DNA of 64,000 bases. Source: Octopus sinensis. Taxonomy: Eukaryota. The notes beneath the pieces were generated by a model. That model did not search any database. It was given only the letters and a program-made list of their open reading frames with translations, and had not been told where the DNA came from. Shown here piece after piece: positions 50,800 to 64,000 of this stretch. The translations under genes were made by a program, and so were the position numbers. The stretch spans positions 83,886,001 to 83,950,000 of the forward strand of contig NC_043002.1 in NCBI RefSeq assembly GCF_006345805.1, written 5' to 3'. Every line of letters begins with the position of its first letter. The first letter of the stretch is position 1.

Positions 50800-51625
50800 T
50801 CTGAGAAAGAGGGAAAAACCTCCTCATTGAAACAAAACTCCGGAAGGAAACCAAAACATTCAGATGGACCATCAGACTCTTACGCGAATTGTTAGAAAGG
50901 ATCACAAAAGTACAGCTCCCAAAATTGCTGCAGAGCTTAATGACTTCCTTGAGAACCCAGTTTCCACAAAAACGGTTCACTAGGAGCTGCACAAAGCCAG
51001 ATTTCACAGGAGGGCTGCAATCAGGAAACCACTACTTTCAAAAAGAAACGTTGCAAAGCATTTAGAGTGGAGTAAAAACCTACAGAATTGGTCCCTATAG
51101 CAGTGGAAGAATGTTATTTTCTCAGACGAGTCATCCTTTACCTTATTTCTGACCACCAGCTGAGTATACGCGTGGAGACAGTCAAAAGAACCATTTGACC
51201 CAGACTGCTTTCTTCCAACTGTTAAACATAGAGGAGAATCTGTGATGATCTGGGGGAGATATATCTTGGAAATCTGCCAGCCCATTGGTTTCCCTTTATG
51301 GCAGAATTAATAGTCAAGATTATTTAAGCATTTTATCTGATCAAATTCATCCTATGATTGCAAAACTGTTTCCGGAGGGAAACGCAATCTTTCAGGATGA
51401 TAATGCACCCATTTCCCACAGCTAAAGTTGTTACTGAATGGCACGACAAACATTCTAATGAAGTTGAACATTTTATCTAGCCACCACAGTCCCCAGATCT
51501 CAATATTATTGAACATTTATGGTGCATTTTAGAAAAACAAGTAAGAAGTTGATATCTTCCACCATCATCACTACAAGAACTAGAGACTGTTTTAGCTGAA
51601 GAATGGACAAAAATTCAAACTTTGT
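50800..51625 (+). pseudogene. Tc1-family transposase pseudogene
   Basis: QWKNVIFSDESSFTLF, TVKHRGESVMIWG, IFQDDNAP, PPQSPDLNIIEHLW; several stops and frameshifts. Confidence 0.85.
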
Positions 51626-51670
51626 ATATGTGTGTGTGTGTGTGTATATATATGTATATGTATATATGTG

Positions 51671-51821
<151 letters not shown>

Positions 51822-53155
51822 GGCAGGCTGCTTTCAGTTTACATCTACCAAATCCACTCACAAGGCTTTGGTCAGCCCAAGGCTATAGTAGAAGACACTT
51901 GCCAAAGATGTCATGCAGTGGGACTGAACCTGGAACCATGTGATTGGGAAGCAAGCTTCTTACTACACTGCCGTGAGGATTTTTAGTTGGTTGTTTTACT
52001 TAATTCTAACCTCCCAATTGTTAAACAGAACTTTGTATTTTTTTTCTGTTACCTAAAATAAGCAATATACATTGCCCAGGCCTACAAGAGGTAGTCCATT
52101 CAGTATATCAATCCAGAGCCCTGAAAGTTATGGAAGGGCCCAAAAATATTTGACAAGCTCTTCCCTGAAAAATCCTCACAGATCTCCTGTATTTGGAGAG
52201 TATCACTCTGTATCCAAAAGCAATCTTGTTTTACCTTACAAAATTTTCCTCTGAGGTTTTTTACATTACGTCAAGAAGATATTGTTAATGTTTAGCCCTA
52301 GGTAACCATTGATCAAACAGCCCTATGGCATAAATTATTATAGCTATAACCATCTTGCTTGTCTTTTTTATGGTTATGTAGTACTATATTGTCTAGTATA
52401 TCCTGTCTTATATAAAAATTACAGGGTAAGATTTATGAGAGACTTGACTGTTTCTTTTACTAGGTCAAACAGCTAGACCCTCTTTAAATCACTACAACAA
52501 TGTATTGAGAGTAAACTTGTTGTGATAACAACTATATTTATAAGTAACAACATTACATTTGAAAAGACCATTCAAAGAGAAAAAAATACTGTTTAAATAT
52601 GAACCTTGATATCTTTTTACTACTACAAGACAAACACACATTTTATCTTTCCTCTCTTTCTCCAGTACCTTAACTTATTTGTATCAGGCATGATTTGAAT
52701 TCTATGATAATCTTATGGGTTTTTCTATTCTTTAATATTTTGTTTCATTTTTGTTCTTACCATCATAGTTGTTTTCAATATCCACTTTTCTTTGTTGGTA
52801 TGAATTGGATGTTGAAAACTTTGATATTTGCATGAATGGTTGAACCAGATGTCATTTTACAGCTAAAATGTTTTTGATAATTTTAACGACCATTTAACCA
52901 TGACGTAAGAACATTATATGGACATCCTGGAGTTTAAGCTCTGAAACAGAAAATTTTCAAGATGGAAAATAATTTGGTCAATTCCTTTGCTCATACAAAA
53001 ATATGTATTATATAAAAACTTAAGTTTGTTAAAGATTAGAGTTAGGGGGTTAGGATGATGACTATGATGAAATTATAGGGGGGTTTTTTTCTGTTTCAAA
53101 CAGAAAGTCAGTTGCAGTTTTAAAACATTGAATGTTTTAAACATTTGACAATATA

Positions 53156-53575
53156 GGCGCAGGAGTGGCTGTTTGGTAAGTAGCTTGCTAACCAACCACA
53201 TGGTTCCGGGTTCAGTCCCACTGCGTGGCATCTTGGGCAAGTGTCTTCTGCTATAGCCCCGGGCCGACCAATGCCTTGTGAGTGGATTTGGTAGACGGAA
53301 ACTGAAAGAAGCCTGTCGTATATATGTATATATATATATATATATATAAGTGTGTGTGAATATGTTTGTGTGTCTGTGTTTGTTCCCCTAGCATTTGCTT
53401 GACAACCGATGCTGGTGTGTTTACGTCCCCGTAACTTAGCGGTTCGGCAAAAGAGACCGATAGAATAAGTACTGGGCTTACAAAGAATAAGTCCCGGGGT
53501 CGATTTGCTCGACTAAAGGCGGTGCTCCAGCATGGCCGCAGTCAAATGACTGAAACAAGTAAAAAGAGTAAAAAA
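53156..53575 (+). mobile_element. SINE S2, full length
   Basis: Same family as 4805. Confidence 0.88.
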
Positions 53576-54409
53576 AAAAGAGGAAGAGTATACTGTCTGT
53601 GTTTGCAAATGCCTGTCTTTTTTAAAAGTATTCCAGCCATGAACATTCTGTCCATTTTTTTAACATAAGTACAGTAAACTGTACTTATGCCAAAAGCTCC
53701 TCCCCTCTTATGACTCACTTTCATCGTACTTTCTTTTTAATTAGGGATATATCTTGCATTCATAAAGAAATCACTTAATCTATATTACATTTTGAAAATT
53801 TTCTGTTTGGAAGTTTTAATATGAAAATATCCCATTAGTAAAGTAATTCTTGTAACCCAAGACCATAATAATACTTAATTGGTTTTATGTGGATTAAAGT
53901 ATTATAGAACTGTTGTCTCTCAAATTCTATCTTTTCTATAACGATGCTTACTTTCTTAAACCTTTAACATGCAGATTACTCTGTCAAATGTAATGCTTGT
54001 TTATTCACATAGTTTTTTAATTAATCATGCATTATCTTGTAACTCAAATATTTCAAACATGTGAATGTATATTTTTAGAATGAAAATTGTAGGGTCGGTG
54101 TGAGAGCCAGTTTTAACATAAAACAAGTAAAATATTGGAACAGATATCACTGGTTCATGTATCCACTTTGATATAATGGGTGGGTTGTGTTAATTTTTTC
54201 CTTTTTTTGTTTGGAGGTGGAGTCCATAGAATTTTGGTAACAGAAAGAATACAGCAAAAAAAATTCAGTGACATAGCTACTGCAACGTGATTTGGAAGTT
54301 TACTTCACAATCACATAATTCTAGGTTCAATCCCAATGCTTGACACTTTGAGGAAATGTCTTCTTTCATAACCTCAGATTGACTAATGCTTTTCATTGAC
54401 AGAAACGTT

Positions 54410-54620
54410 AGCACACCGGGTGGAATGCTTAGCAGTATTTTGTCTGCCGTTATGTTCTGAGTTCAAATTCCGCCAAGGTCGACTTTGCCTTTCATCCTTT
54501 CAGGGTTGATAAATTAAATACCAGTTACGCACTTGGGTCGATGTAATCAACTTAATCCCTTTGTCTGTCCTTGTTTGTCCACTCTATGTTTAGCCCCTTG
54601 TGGGCAATAAAGAAATAAGA
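54410..54620 (+). mobile_element. SINE S1
   Basis: Same family as 3893. Confidence 0.8.
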
Positions 54621-55199
54621 AACTCTATTTACCTACATTTGCACACAAATACAAATAGCACAGGTGTGGCTGTGTGGTTTAGAAGCTTGCTTCCCAACCA
54701 TTTGGTTTCAGGTTCAACCCTACTGTAAGTGTCTAGACATCATGTGTTGGTTGTGAAAGAGCATCACCATCATACAAATGTTGTTACTCGTTTCCTGAAA
54801 AACATGTCTAGCTATGGGAAAATATTGGAAACATGAGAGTTGGCAACAGGAAAGGCATCCAGCCATAGAAAATCTGCTTTAATAAATTACTTCTAATCCA
54901 CACAAGCATAGAAAAGTGGATATTAAACGATGATGATGATGATTTTGTGTGTATGTATGTTTTTGTACTTCGTACTACAACCATCATGTGTGCCTTTATC
55001 GGCAGTATGACCCTTGGCCCTCCTAAAGTACAGAAATATCAGTTTCACCACAGTTTCAGATTAAAATTCTTGTAATATATATTAAAAAATGTAATTTTAT
55101 ATATATTACAAGGTTCTTCAGGGTTTTGGTGGGGGGAAGGGGGTTCTAGGACACTTCTCTCAAGATCTCTAACTTTCTTCAACCTTATCTTTTTCCACT

Positions 55200-56220
55200 T
55201 TTCAGATAAATAATGTCAGATATCAGGCTAACTCAGCAATTGAAAAGGCAATGTTGTAATTGTTGCCTTAAAAGTACAGTATAGTGATACAGAGATAGCT
55301 CACTTCCTGAAAGTTGCTTGATTTATCAAAGTTTGAAAGAAGATAGAAGCTGCTGACAGGGATCCACCAGCAGCTAAACACAAAACACATGCACAGAGTC
55401 CTAATACCATCAGAACTCATAACTTTGTACAAAACAGTTCAAAAGCTAATCGCTAAAATCCCCGGAATGCAGTCGGAGCCTTGGCAAAAGACCTCAAGCT
55501 TTCAGACTGCGCTATCAAGAGTTCTGTATGAGAATGTCCTCTACAAGTCATATGTGATACAAAGGGCAGGGGCAGTTTATGTTGGATGTGACAAGAGAAT
55601 CATCCAATCCATGCAAAGTGCTTGCTGAACAAGTTAAACTACTAAGAGACTAGAATGCTTTGGTTTTTCTCCAATGAGAAAAACATCAAACAAGCCTAAA
55701 GGGTAAACTGAGGGAAGGACAGATGGTTATGCAGAGACCCAAATGAGGTTCCAACGGTCATGCATACTAAGTTTCCAGCAACTGTTATGGTTTTGGAAGT
55801 CTTCAGCAACAGGGCTTAAGAGTCAATACTACTATCTACGCAAAGGTGTTGGAGAAAGTTGTGAAGCCCTGGGTAGATAGAGTTTGCAATGGAAGACCAT
55901 ACATCTTCCAACAAGACCCTATGCCACCTCATAAGGCTAGTAGAAACCAAGTATGGATGTGTGGCAATCCTCATGATCATATTCCCCCAGACACGTGATC
56001 TCCTAGTTCACCAGACTGCAATCCACTAGACTATTATGTATGGGGCATAGTCGAGAGGAAGGTCAATCAACTCCCCAGTAACACCATACAATCCCTCAAG
56101 TTCACCATGTCCAAAATTGATAAAGATCATCTGATTCAAGCATGTCAATGCTTCTGACCCCATATTAAAGCAGCCATTGATGGTAATGGTGGAGTCATTG
56201 AACAGGTGTAATAAAAGGAT
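55200..56220 (+). pseudogene. IS630-Tc1-mariner (maT/rosa-like) transposase remnant
   Basis: FQQD..PPHKA, SPSSPDCNPLDYYVWGIVERKVN, DHLIQAC, AAIDGNGGVIE; disrupted. Confidence 0.75.
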
Positions 56221-56849
56221 TCTCAAGATTATTTCTACTAATTTATTTCAAATACAGCTTTGGTGTCTGTGTTGGTGACACATAAAAAGCACCAACCGAT
56301 CGTGGCCATTTGCCAGCCTGCTCTGGCCCCTGTGCTGGTAGCACGCAAAAAGCACCCACTACACTCACGGAGTGGTTGGTGTTAGGAAAGGCATCCAGCT
56401 GTAGAAACACTGCCAGATCAGACTGGAGCCTGGCGCAGCCTCCTGGCTTCCCAGACCATAGAAAACCATGCCACAACAGACAATTGGAGCCTGGGTAGCT
56501 CCCAACTGGTCAGCTCCATGTCAAACCATCCCACCTGTGCCAGCATGGAAAACGGATGTTAAATGATGATGATGATTAATATAATTGATAAAAATTTTTG
56601 AAGGTTGAGTCCCAGCGCAGCCACAGGCTAAAACTAGTAAAAGAATAATATTAACTGAATTTGTTATATACAACAGCTAAATCTCCTCCAGTTTTGGGAA
56701 AAATATCTAGTGATATACTATGAATGTGTTAGTATTGAGTATGTTAGGGGACTAAGGTAATAACGCTTCTATATTCTCACTATCTCGAACACACGCATGT
56801 GCACATGCACACACACACACACACAACACACACACAAGAAAATTAGTGG

Positions 56850-58762
56850 GGTGCTGCTTCAGAAAATTTTTAGCCATTGTTTTAATATTGTGTACAAGGA
56901 AACAAACATATAAAAAGAAAATTTATACATAAACTTCATTGGTTTGCATTTTAGCCACTGCTGGGTAGTGTGTTTAATTTGTTCACTGTACACTGCCACA
57001 AACTCCCCCATCTTTTTCAAAAATACCCCCTAAATCACAAAAATAAGTGGGGAGAAATGTGCCCTATTTTTCAAATCCTGGCAGCAACACTGAAGCTGAA
57101 AGTAGGATAATAATCTAATTCTACACTTTATCACCTTCAAGAATATAAACATGTTTTTAAGCACAACACATGCGGAGACAAAAAGAAACACCACTTTTCA
57201 CCTAGCACTGTTGTCCATGCAGTGCTCTCTCTCCCTAGTGTGAAGCTTCCTATCTCGGACATGTGAACATGTGCACAACAGCCAAACGCCGCATCACTGG
57301 AACTGTGAAGCACGCGGTCCTATACAAGGATTTTTGTATTGTTTTCACAAACTAGGAGATGGCTACTGACATTAAGCTTAAGGATTATATAATGTACAAG
57401 TATAAAGAAAGAATTAAAGAAAACAGGACTCATTATATTGAATTTTATTGATAATATTGAGTGGAAATAGGGGATGCTGCAGTTCCGCAGTTCCTATACA
57501 TGAGCTGCCACTGGTGGGAAGTATAGTGAAGAGATAAGTATACATACAGTGTTTGGGTCAAACTGTTTACTTATCTCACTTTCTAAATAAATATTGTCAT
57601 AAATGACACATTTTTACTATAAAAACAACTTTCTGTTATTTACTCTTGGGTAGGGCACCTGTTTTCACTGATATGTTGAGTTGAATTTAAATAGAAAAAT
57701 CATTAGGCTGCATATTTAAAATCCCAAGTAATTGGTAAATGCTATGAAAGTAACTTACGTTATCGATCCTAACATTCAAATTCAGAAAGGTAGTGTTTCT
57801 TTTTGATTCTGCATGTGTTGTGCTTAAAAACATGTTTATATTCTTGAATAGGATAAAGTGTAGAATTAGATTATTATCCTGCTTCTAGCTTCAGTGTTGC
57901 TGCTAGGATTTAAAAAATAGGGCACATTTTCCCCACTTATTTTGTGATTTAGTGGGGGTTTTTGAAAAACAAGGGGGAATTTGCTATGGTGTTCAGTGAA
58001 TTTATATTCTTGATGGCATCTGTGCTAGTGGAGTGCTAAGAGTACCATACGAGCGTAATTGTTGCCAGAGCAACAAGCTGGCCTCCGTGCCGACGGCACA
58101 TAAAAAGCACCATTCAAGTGTTATCGTTACCTGCGTCACCTTACTAGCACTTGTGCTGGTGGCATGTGAAAAACATTCGAGGAAGGTCATTGCCAGTGCC
58201 ACTGGACTGGCTCCTGTGCAGGTGGCACATAAAAAACACCATTTGAGCGTGGCCATTGCCAGTACCACCTGACTGGCCCTCGTGCCAGTGGCATGTAAAA
58301 GCACCCACTGCACTCTTGGAGTGGTTGGCATTAGGAAGGGCATCCAGCTGTAGAAACTCTGCCAGATCAAATTGGAGTCTGGTGCAGCCATCTGGTTCGC
58401 TAGACCTCAGTCAAATCATCCAAACCATGCTAGCATGGAAAGCAGACGTTAAACAATGATGATGATGATGATGAATGGGGTAAAGTGTAGAATTAGATTA
58501 TTGTCATGCTTCCAGCTTCAAAGTTGCTGCTAGGATTTAAAAAATAGGACACATTTCCTCCACTTATTTTGTGATTTAGGGGGGATTTTTGAAAAACAAG
58601 GGGGAATTCATGACAGTGTTCAGGGAACAAATTAAACACACTACCCAGCAGTGGCTAAAATGCAAACCAATGAAGTTTATGTATAAATTTTCTTTTTATA
58701 TGTTTGTTTCCTTTTACACAATATTAAATATTAAACAGCTAAAAATTTTCTGAAGCTGCACC
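56850..58762. repeat. ~280-bp inverted repeat (56850-57130 / 58481-58762) with an extra partial arm (57852-58000) and an S5 insertion (58010-58475)
   Basis: The arms read as reverse complements with scattered substitutions. Confidence 0.85.
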
Positions 58763-59766
58763 TCAACTAATTTCGAACTAGATCAAAAAATATTGGTTTC
58801 AAATTTTGGTACAATGTCAGCAATTTGAGGGGAGGTGCTAAGTCGATTGCATTGACCTTAATGCTTGTTTGATGTGAGAGAGTGCTGAAAAGTTCTTGGT
58901 TTTAAGGGTACTGCAAAAGGCCTGGCTGGGGACCCAACTTTCCTCAATGCTTGTTTGGTACAAGGGAATATTAAAAAGTTCCAAGTTTTAAGGGTATCAC
59001 AAAAGGCCTGGTTGCAGGCCCAACTTTCCGAGTTCTTTTACAGGGCTCAGAAAACTGAAGGATCACTGCAATAAATATGTGAATCTGAGAGGGAATGTGT
59101 TGAATAAAATCATAATTAACTGATCCTCCTGTATTTTCTTTTACCCAAATCCAGAAACTTTTCATCACCCCCTTATACTTGACTCCAAAAAGATTAAAGG
59201 CAAAGTCAACCTCGGTAGAATTTGAACTCTAAACGTGAAGATGGACGAAATGCTGCTAAGCATTTTGAATGGCATGCTAACCATTCTGCTAACCTTGCCA
59301 TCTTAAAATTTCAAAAAATATTGCAGATATTTATCTAGAACAGCAATCTGTTTTTTCAATTGTATCTTTTCTGGTGAATGTATTGATTACATATGAAGTT
59401 AAAAGTATTCTCGTGTTATGTTAACTGCTGCTATTTATAAAGTGACTTCTGCATGTTTTGCTGTGTGAAAAATACTGTTTGTCAACCTGGAAATATTATG
59501 TTGAGCATAAAATCAGATCAAAGTGCTGTAATATGTTTCCTACCATGAAAAGTAAATAGATTTATATCCAAAATAAATGGGAGAGCATTGCTTTAGAATA
59601 AGTAGCTTAATTTCCAGATTCAGAAAGCATTAGATTTCTCAACATCCCAACATCAAAGTTTTTCTGTCTGCCCAGTTTAAAAAGAACAAAATGATAAATA
59701 TCCATGCTTTATTTTTTCTTGTTTTCTTCATAAAAATATGTGTTTATTTCTTTTGAATTTTAACAG

Positions 59767-59897
59767 GATTGGCTGTGGCACAAGTTGGCATGCTGCAGGA
59801 CTGGTTGGACAAATAAGAAGTCGCAAAGTTCAAACTGACATTTGTACATATAGCAGGAATCTCTACAAAAGCTTTGAAGACCAAGGCCACAGTGTTG
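59767..59897 (+). CDS. PDPR: PDPR-like gene, second coding exon (RIGCGTSWHAAGLVGQIRSRKVQTDICTYSRNLYKSFEDQGHSV-G)
   Basis: AACAG acceptor, phase matches exon 1 (AG+G=Arg), G|GTTAGT donor. Continues the family motif GxTWHAAG. The gene continues beyond the window. Confidence 0.9.
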
Positions 59898-60739
59898 GTT
59901 AGTATCTTATTTTAAACATTGATGGCTTGTTATAGCTGTTGTTGTTGCTGTTTGATTGATTTAAGACAGAAGTAATGACAAAACAAATTTTGTTAATATT
60001 TTATATTGTCTTCAAACTTAACATTCACTTTCAATGAATGTTATGCATGAAGACGATGGGTCCATTCTTTAGTGAATCATTATCCATCTTGGTCCTGCTT
60101 TATGTCTTTTGTAATGTCTAACATTGTGAGATCTAACTTCAATATTTCTTCCTCTGCTTTAGGTATCTTCCATTGTGTTGTAAAGCAGTCTTTTACCCCT
60201 TTTGTATATCACTCTGACAGATGTTGTTATATTCCCAAAACATCAATAGAATGGTTCTATCTGGCACTGTATAACCCCCCAGTCATACAATGTTATTATC
60301 CTCAAAGGGTTGGATCATTATAACATCCAATCAGTATCACAGTGTAATTTCTATATCAGCACTATCTACTCAGTCTACTCATACTCTTGACCTTCCTGAC
60401 CTTCTCCTGTTGACCAGCTACTGGCCTATTTATAATGGCTGGCTATCACTTTTTAGGGGTATAGAGTTTCACTATACAGCACACTACCAGCCCATGATGT
60501 TTCTTTACCCAGCTCTCATCAGCTAATCGTAGCATGTAGCTATAGCAGTGTCATGATCATTCCTGCACATGATAATCTTCAGTAACCATTAATAACCACT
60601 GTATTTTTTTACCTTCTGGTTCTACACAATAATTATGAAACTACATGAATAATCTATACAACAACAATAGCAATGAAATAACTGCTTCTACCATAAGGAA
60701 TATCAAATGCAGAGGAAACAGGTTGGCATGTAGTTCCTC

Positions 60740-61080
60740 TCAATGACAAAAAGCAAATGTGTTCAGCAACTATAATTACTGATACAAATTATGCAGATGA
60801 TATAATTGTTACTTCTAAAACTACCAAGGAAGCACAGCTCCTGCTTCAACTAGACAAGGAAGCTGAAAAACAGATAGGACAGCATAAGACTGAGTTTGTG
60901 GTTTCCAGTCAACCAGAAGAACACATTATATCATCAAAGAGTGCAAACTTAAACATGTAAATGACTTCAAATATCTGGGATCATGGATGGAAAGCTTGAA
61001 GACGGACTGTGAAATGGGAATCAAATTGGCATGGTCAGTAATGAATAAGATGTCTGTAATATGGAAAACAAATATCAGAT
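60740..61080 (+). mobile_element. RTE-like RT remnant
   Basis: ITDTNYADDIIVTS..EAQLLL, FKYLGSW. Confidence 0.65.
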
Positions 61081-62259
61081 CTTTTCAGTTTGAACGGCAG
61101 TTTTTAACATAATTTCTAGGTAACTAAAAAATTTTAAACTTCGCATACTGGTAGAATGTGTTTATAAAACATCTTTTTTCTTTTGGCTTTATTGAGAAAA
61201 TTCTATAGTTTGTAAGATATTTGATGTTTTTTTTCTTCAATTTCTGCAATTTCAACCAATCAATGACGTCCATTGAGGTAAAAAACATTCCGTGCCGTAT
61301 GAATATGTCCCTTGTTTAAGAAACAGATTGGGTTTATTTACATTTCTGAAGAAAAAAAGATACCCTTCCCCCCCACCCCTAACCCTAAAACAGATTGAAA
61401 TACAATAGATCGATACTAGGGTCATAATTATGGGTGACAATTTCATAGGACACCACTAGAAAAAACTGCCGGTCAAACCGAAAAGATCCCAAATATCTAT
61501 CTCGTGACCTCAAATTACAGTTTTCTTGAGTCGTTGTAGAAAGCATATTGATGTGTGGATCTGAATGTTGGACACTTATAACAGCAATATGAAACAAGAC
61601 AAAAGGAACACAAATCAAAATGTTGAGGAGAGTGAAATATGTTTCCTGGAGGTTACATTTACTGAACAGCATATAATTTGGAAATATAGCATTGTTAACA
61701 GAAACCCTCAAACAACATAGGCTTATTTTTATAAGACTCTGTTGACAAAGGAAGGATTAAGTTTTACATCAGTTTTTACTATAGCACCAGTCACCATGAT
61801 AGATCGTTAGCCACTACACACACGTTTTTTCTTTTCTTGTTTCTCTCCTTTTTTTTCTCTCCTTGTTTCTCTCCTTTTTTTTTCTGTGTCCCTTTCTGTA
61901 GAAGAGTGTCGGCTCGAAACGTAAAAGACTTTTTCTATTCCTGAGCATTATACTAATACATCTGTTTGTTTTGTACACCACCTGTCTTCGTCTTTTGCTT
62001 TTTTCGTAAACTCTCCCTATTACTATAGAAACCAGTACATTGTAAAAGAAGAGACAGATGTTGTCAACCAAATGTGCAGTTGTAGGAAGACACAAGCCTT
62101 GAAAAAGGAAACTGTGTTGCAGAAATGTTGGAGAACAGGGAAGCACGTAAGGGACTGAACAATGGAATATGACATGAACAATCAATATGACATGATGCAA
62201 AAATACAAACACAAAACTATGGATTTAAGGGGAATGGTTCATTGCATCAGCTTCAGTAA

Positions 62260-62750
62260 TTGGTTGATACTTCATCAACAATGAGGGTGGAAGATATTAA
62301 GCGACTAGAATCCTTCGATCACCTCTGTCTATGCCGGATCCTTCATGTCCGATGGCATCATTTTGTCTCCAACAATTCGGTGCGACACCAGTGCAGAATC
62401 ACCTCCTTCCGACAAGTCATCCTAACGAGACGTCCGCGTTGATTGGGTCATGCCCTCCGTCATCAACCAGGAGAATTCATCTACAAAGCAATTGCCCCAG
62501 CTCCCCTTCAGGGTTGGCGAAAGTGATATGGTGGACAACGAAAAACCTGGCTGATGACAGTCAAGGCTGATCTGGAACCCAACCTAGGCCCCCAAATCTA
62601 CGGTATTCGCCGCTGGAATAGGGAGTGGTTGGAGATCATGCGGTCATTAGCCTCAAATCGCCAGGTCTGGTCAGCGTTTGTGAGAGATGCAGCATTGAGG
62701 ATGAATGATGCCAGCTCAACCCACCCCGGGTAAATGCTGTAAGAAGAAGA
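62260..62750 (+). mobile_element. RTE-like LINE 3' end
   Basis: RVEDIKRLESFDHLCLCRILHVRW..LGHALR; (AAG)n tail. Confidence 0.7.
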
Positions 62751-63104
62751 ATACTTCATCAACAAGGAAGGATGAAAGGCTTCAACAAGATTTGAACTGA
62801 TAAGGCAAAGAGCCTGAATAAATACTGAGTCATTTGTCATAATGTCATTTTGACACTAATTCTCCTAATCTACTGCCCTAATGATACTGATAATAAATTA
62901 TTTTGTTGTTAGAGAAGCAATGAAGGAGAGTGAACATTATGTGTACACAATATGAAACCATGGAGTGGAGAGGTTATGTCATGTGTAATAGAATACAACA
63001 GATGAAAACAACCAAAATATGTCATCAAAAGTAAACAGGCACCTAAAAACCAGTCAGAAAGCTCACAGATCCTGGATTTTAATTATAATTTCTTTATCAT
63101 ATCA

Positions 63105-63500
63105 TCATCATCATCATCGTTTAATGTCCGCTTTCCATGCTGGCATGGGTTGGACTGTTTGACTGGGGACTGGTGAGTCAGATGGCTGCACCAGGCTCCA
63201 ATCTGATCTGGCAGAGTTTCTACAGCTGAATGCCCTTCCTAATGTCAACCATTCCGAGAGTGCAGTGAGTGCTTTTACGTGCCACCGGTACGAGGGCCAG
63301 TCAGGCGGTATTGGCAACAGCTACATTCAAATGGTGTTTTTACATGTCACCTGCACAGGAGCCAGTCCAGCGGCACTGGCAACACCCTCGCTTGAATGTT
63401 GTTTTTCACATACTACAGGCACAAGTACCAGTAAGCAGCCCTAGCAATGATCATGCTCGGCTGGTGCTCTTAGCACTCCAGTAGCACGGGTGCCAGACAT
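63105..63500 (-). mobile_element. Family S5 repeat
   Basis: Reverse complement of 58010-58475. Confidence 0.8.
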
Positions 63501-63513
63501 GCGGTGCTGTCAC

Positions 63514-63579
<66 letters not shown>

Positions 63580-63673
63580 GTCACATATATATATATATAC
63601 ATGACCGCGTGTGTACCGTTGGCAATTTTTTTTTTCCTCCGTCTTCCCTTCTCTGGATCTTTCCATTTCCTAT

Positions 63674-63708
63674 GTTTCTGATGAAGAGCTCCGCTCGAAA
63701 TGTAAAAC
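63674..63708 (+). ncRNA. Minimal type I hammerhead ribozyme motif (PLE-type)
   Basis: GTTT-CTGATGA-A-GAGC-TCC-GCTC-GAAAT-GTA-AAAC. Intact CUGAUGA, 4-bp stems I and II, GUA triplet. Confidence 0.6.
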
Positions 63709-64000
63709 CCTCCTTCCCTTCCTTCCTGAGCATCCAATAATACTATATTTGTTCCACATCCTCGCGTTGTTGTTTTCTCTTTGTGTTTTCATGTTTGGAT
63801 TAACTTTATATATATATACACACACACACATACATACATGCATACATACATGCATACATACATACATACATACATACATACATACATACATACATACATA
63901 CATACATACATACATACATGCATGCATACCACCACCAGGAATGTGGATGAACAATTCTATTTAATAGAATATATGTTACCTTTCTGGAATTCACAGTTAC

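Noticed and set aside
50800-51625. Active Tc1 transposase (also the element at 55200-56220)
   Set aside because: Multiple in-frame stops and frameshifts, and no intact TIR pair was seen.
59898-64000. Third PDPR-like exon (expected to start with (G)W.. after a phase-1 acceptor)
   Set aside because: No suitable acceptor and frame were found by eye; it probably lies beyond the window.

Overview
AT-rich, microsatellite- and retroposon-dense animal DNA. The SINE families look like those of Octopus/coleoid cephalopods (recognised from memory, not searched). Two host gene systems can be assembled on the + strand. (1) A complete five-exon gene that the ORF track only shows in pieces: exons 13237-13288, 14375-14556, 20953-21147, 26331-26561 and 29450-29644, with a TATA box and a poly(A) signal. 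It encodes a 284-aa secreted protein whose motif order resembles the Cyt/volvatoxin-A2 family of pore-forming toxins. The last exon of a divergent tandem paralogue starts at 110, so this looks like the edge of a cluster of secreted Cyt-like genes. This is the main candidate for an undescribed system, and the fold assignment is an inference that needs HHpred/AlphaFold testing. (2) The first two coding exons (43010-43371, 59767-59897) of a mitochondrial PDPR/SARDH/DMGDH-family flavoprotein that keeps the WHAAG flavinylation histidine. The rest is decayed mobile DNA (tRNA-headed SINEs; RTE, CR1, RLE-type and Penelope-like retroelements; hAT, Tc1/mariner and Helitron/Helentron-like pieces). Other notable structures are several hammerhead-ribozyme motifs (one fully canonical at 34242-34323, minus strand), a ~340-bp near-perfect inverted repeat (32721-33564), and five copies of a fixed-spacing GACGTCATC-N7-TGACCAATC (CRE+CCAAT) module (35233-35563). 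Repeat boundaries are approximate and were read by eye.
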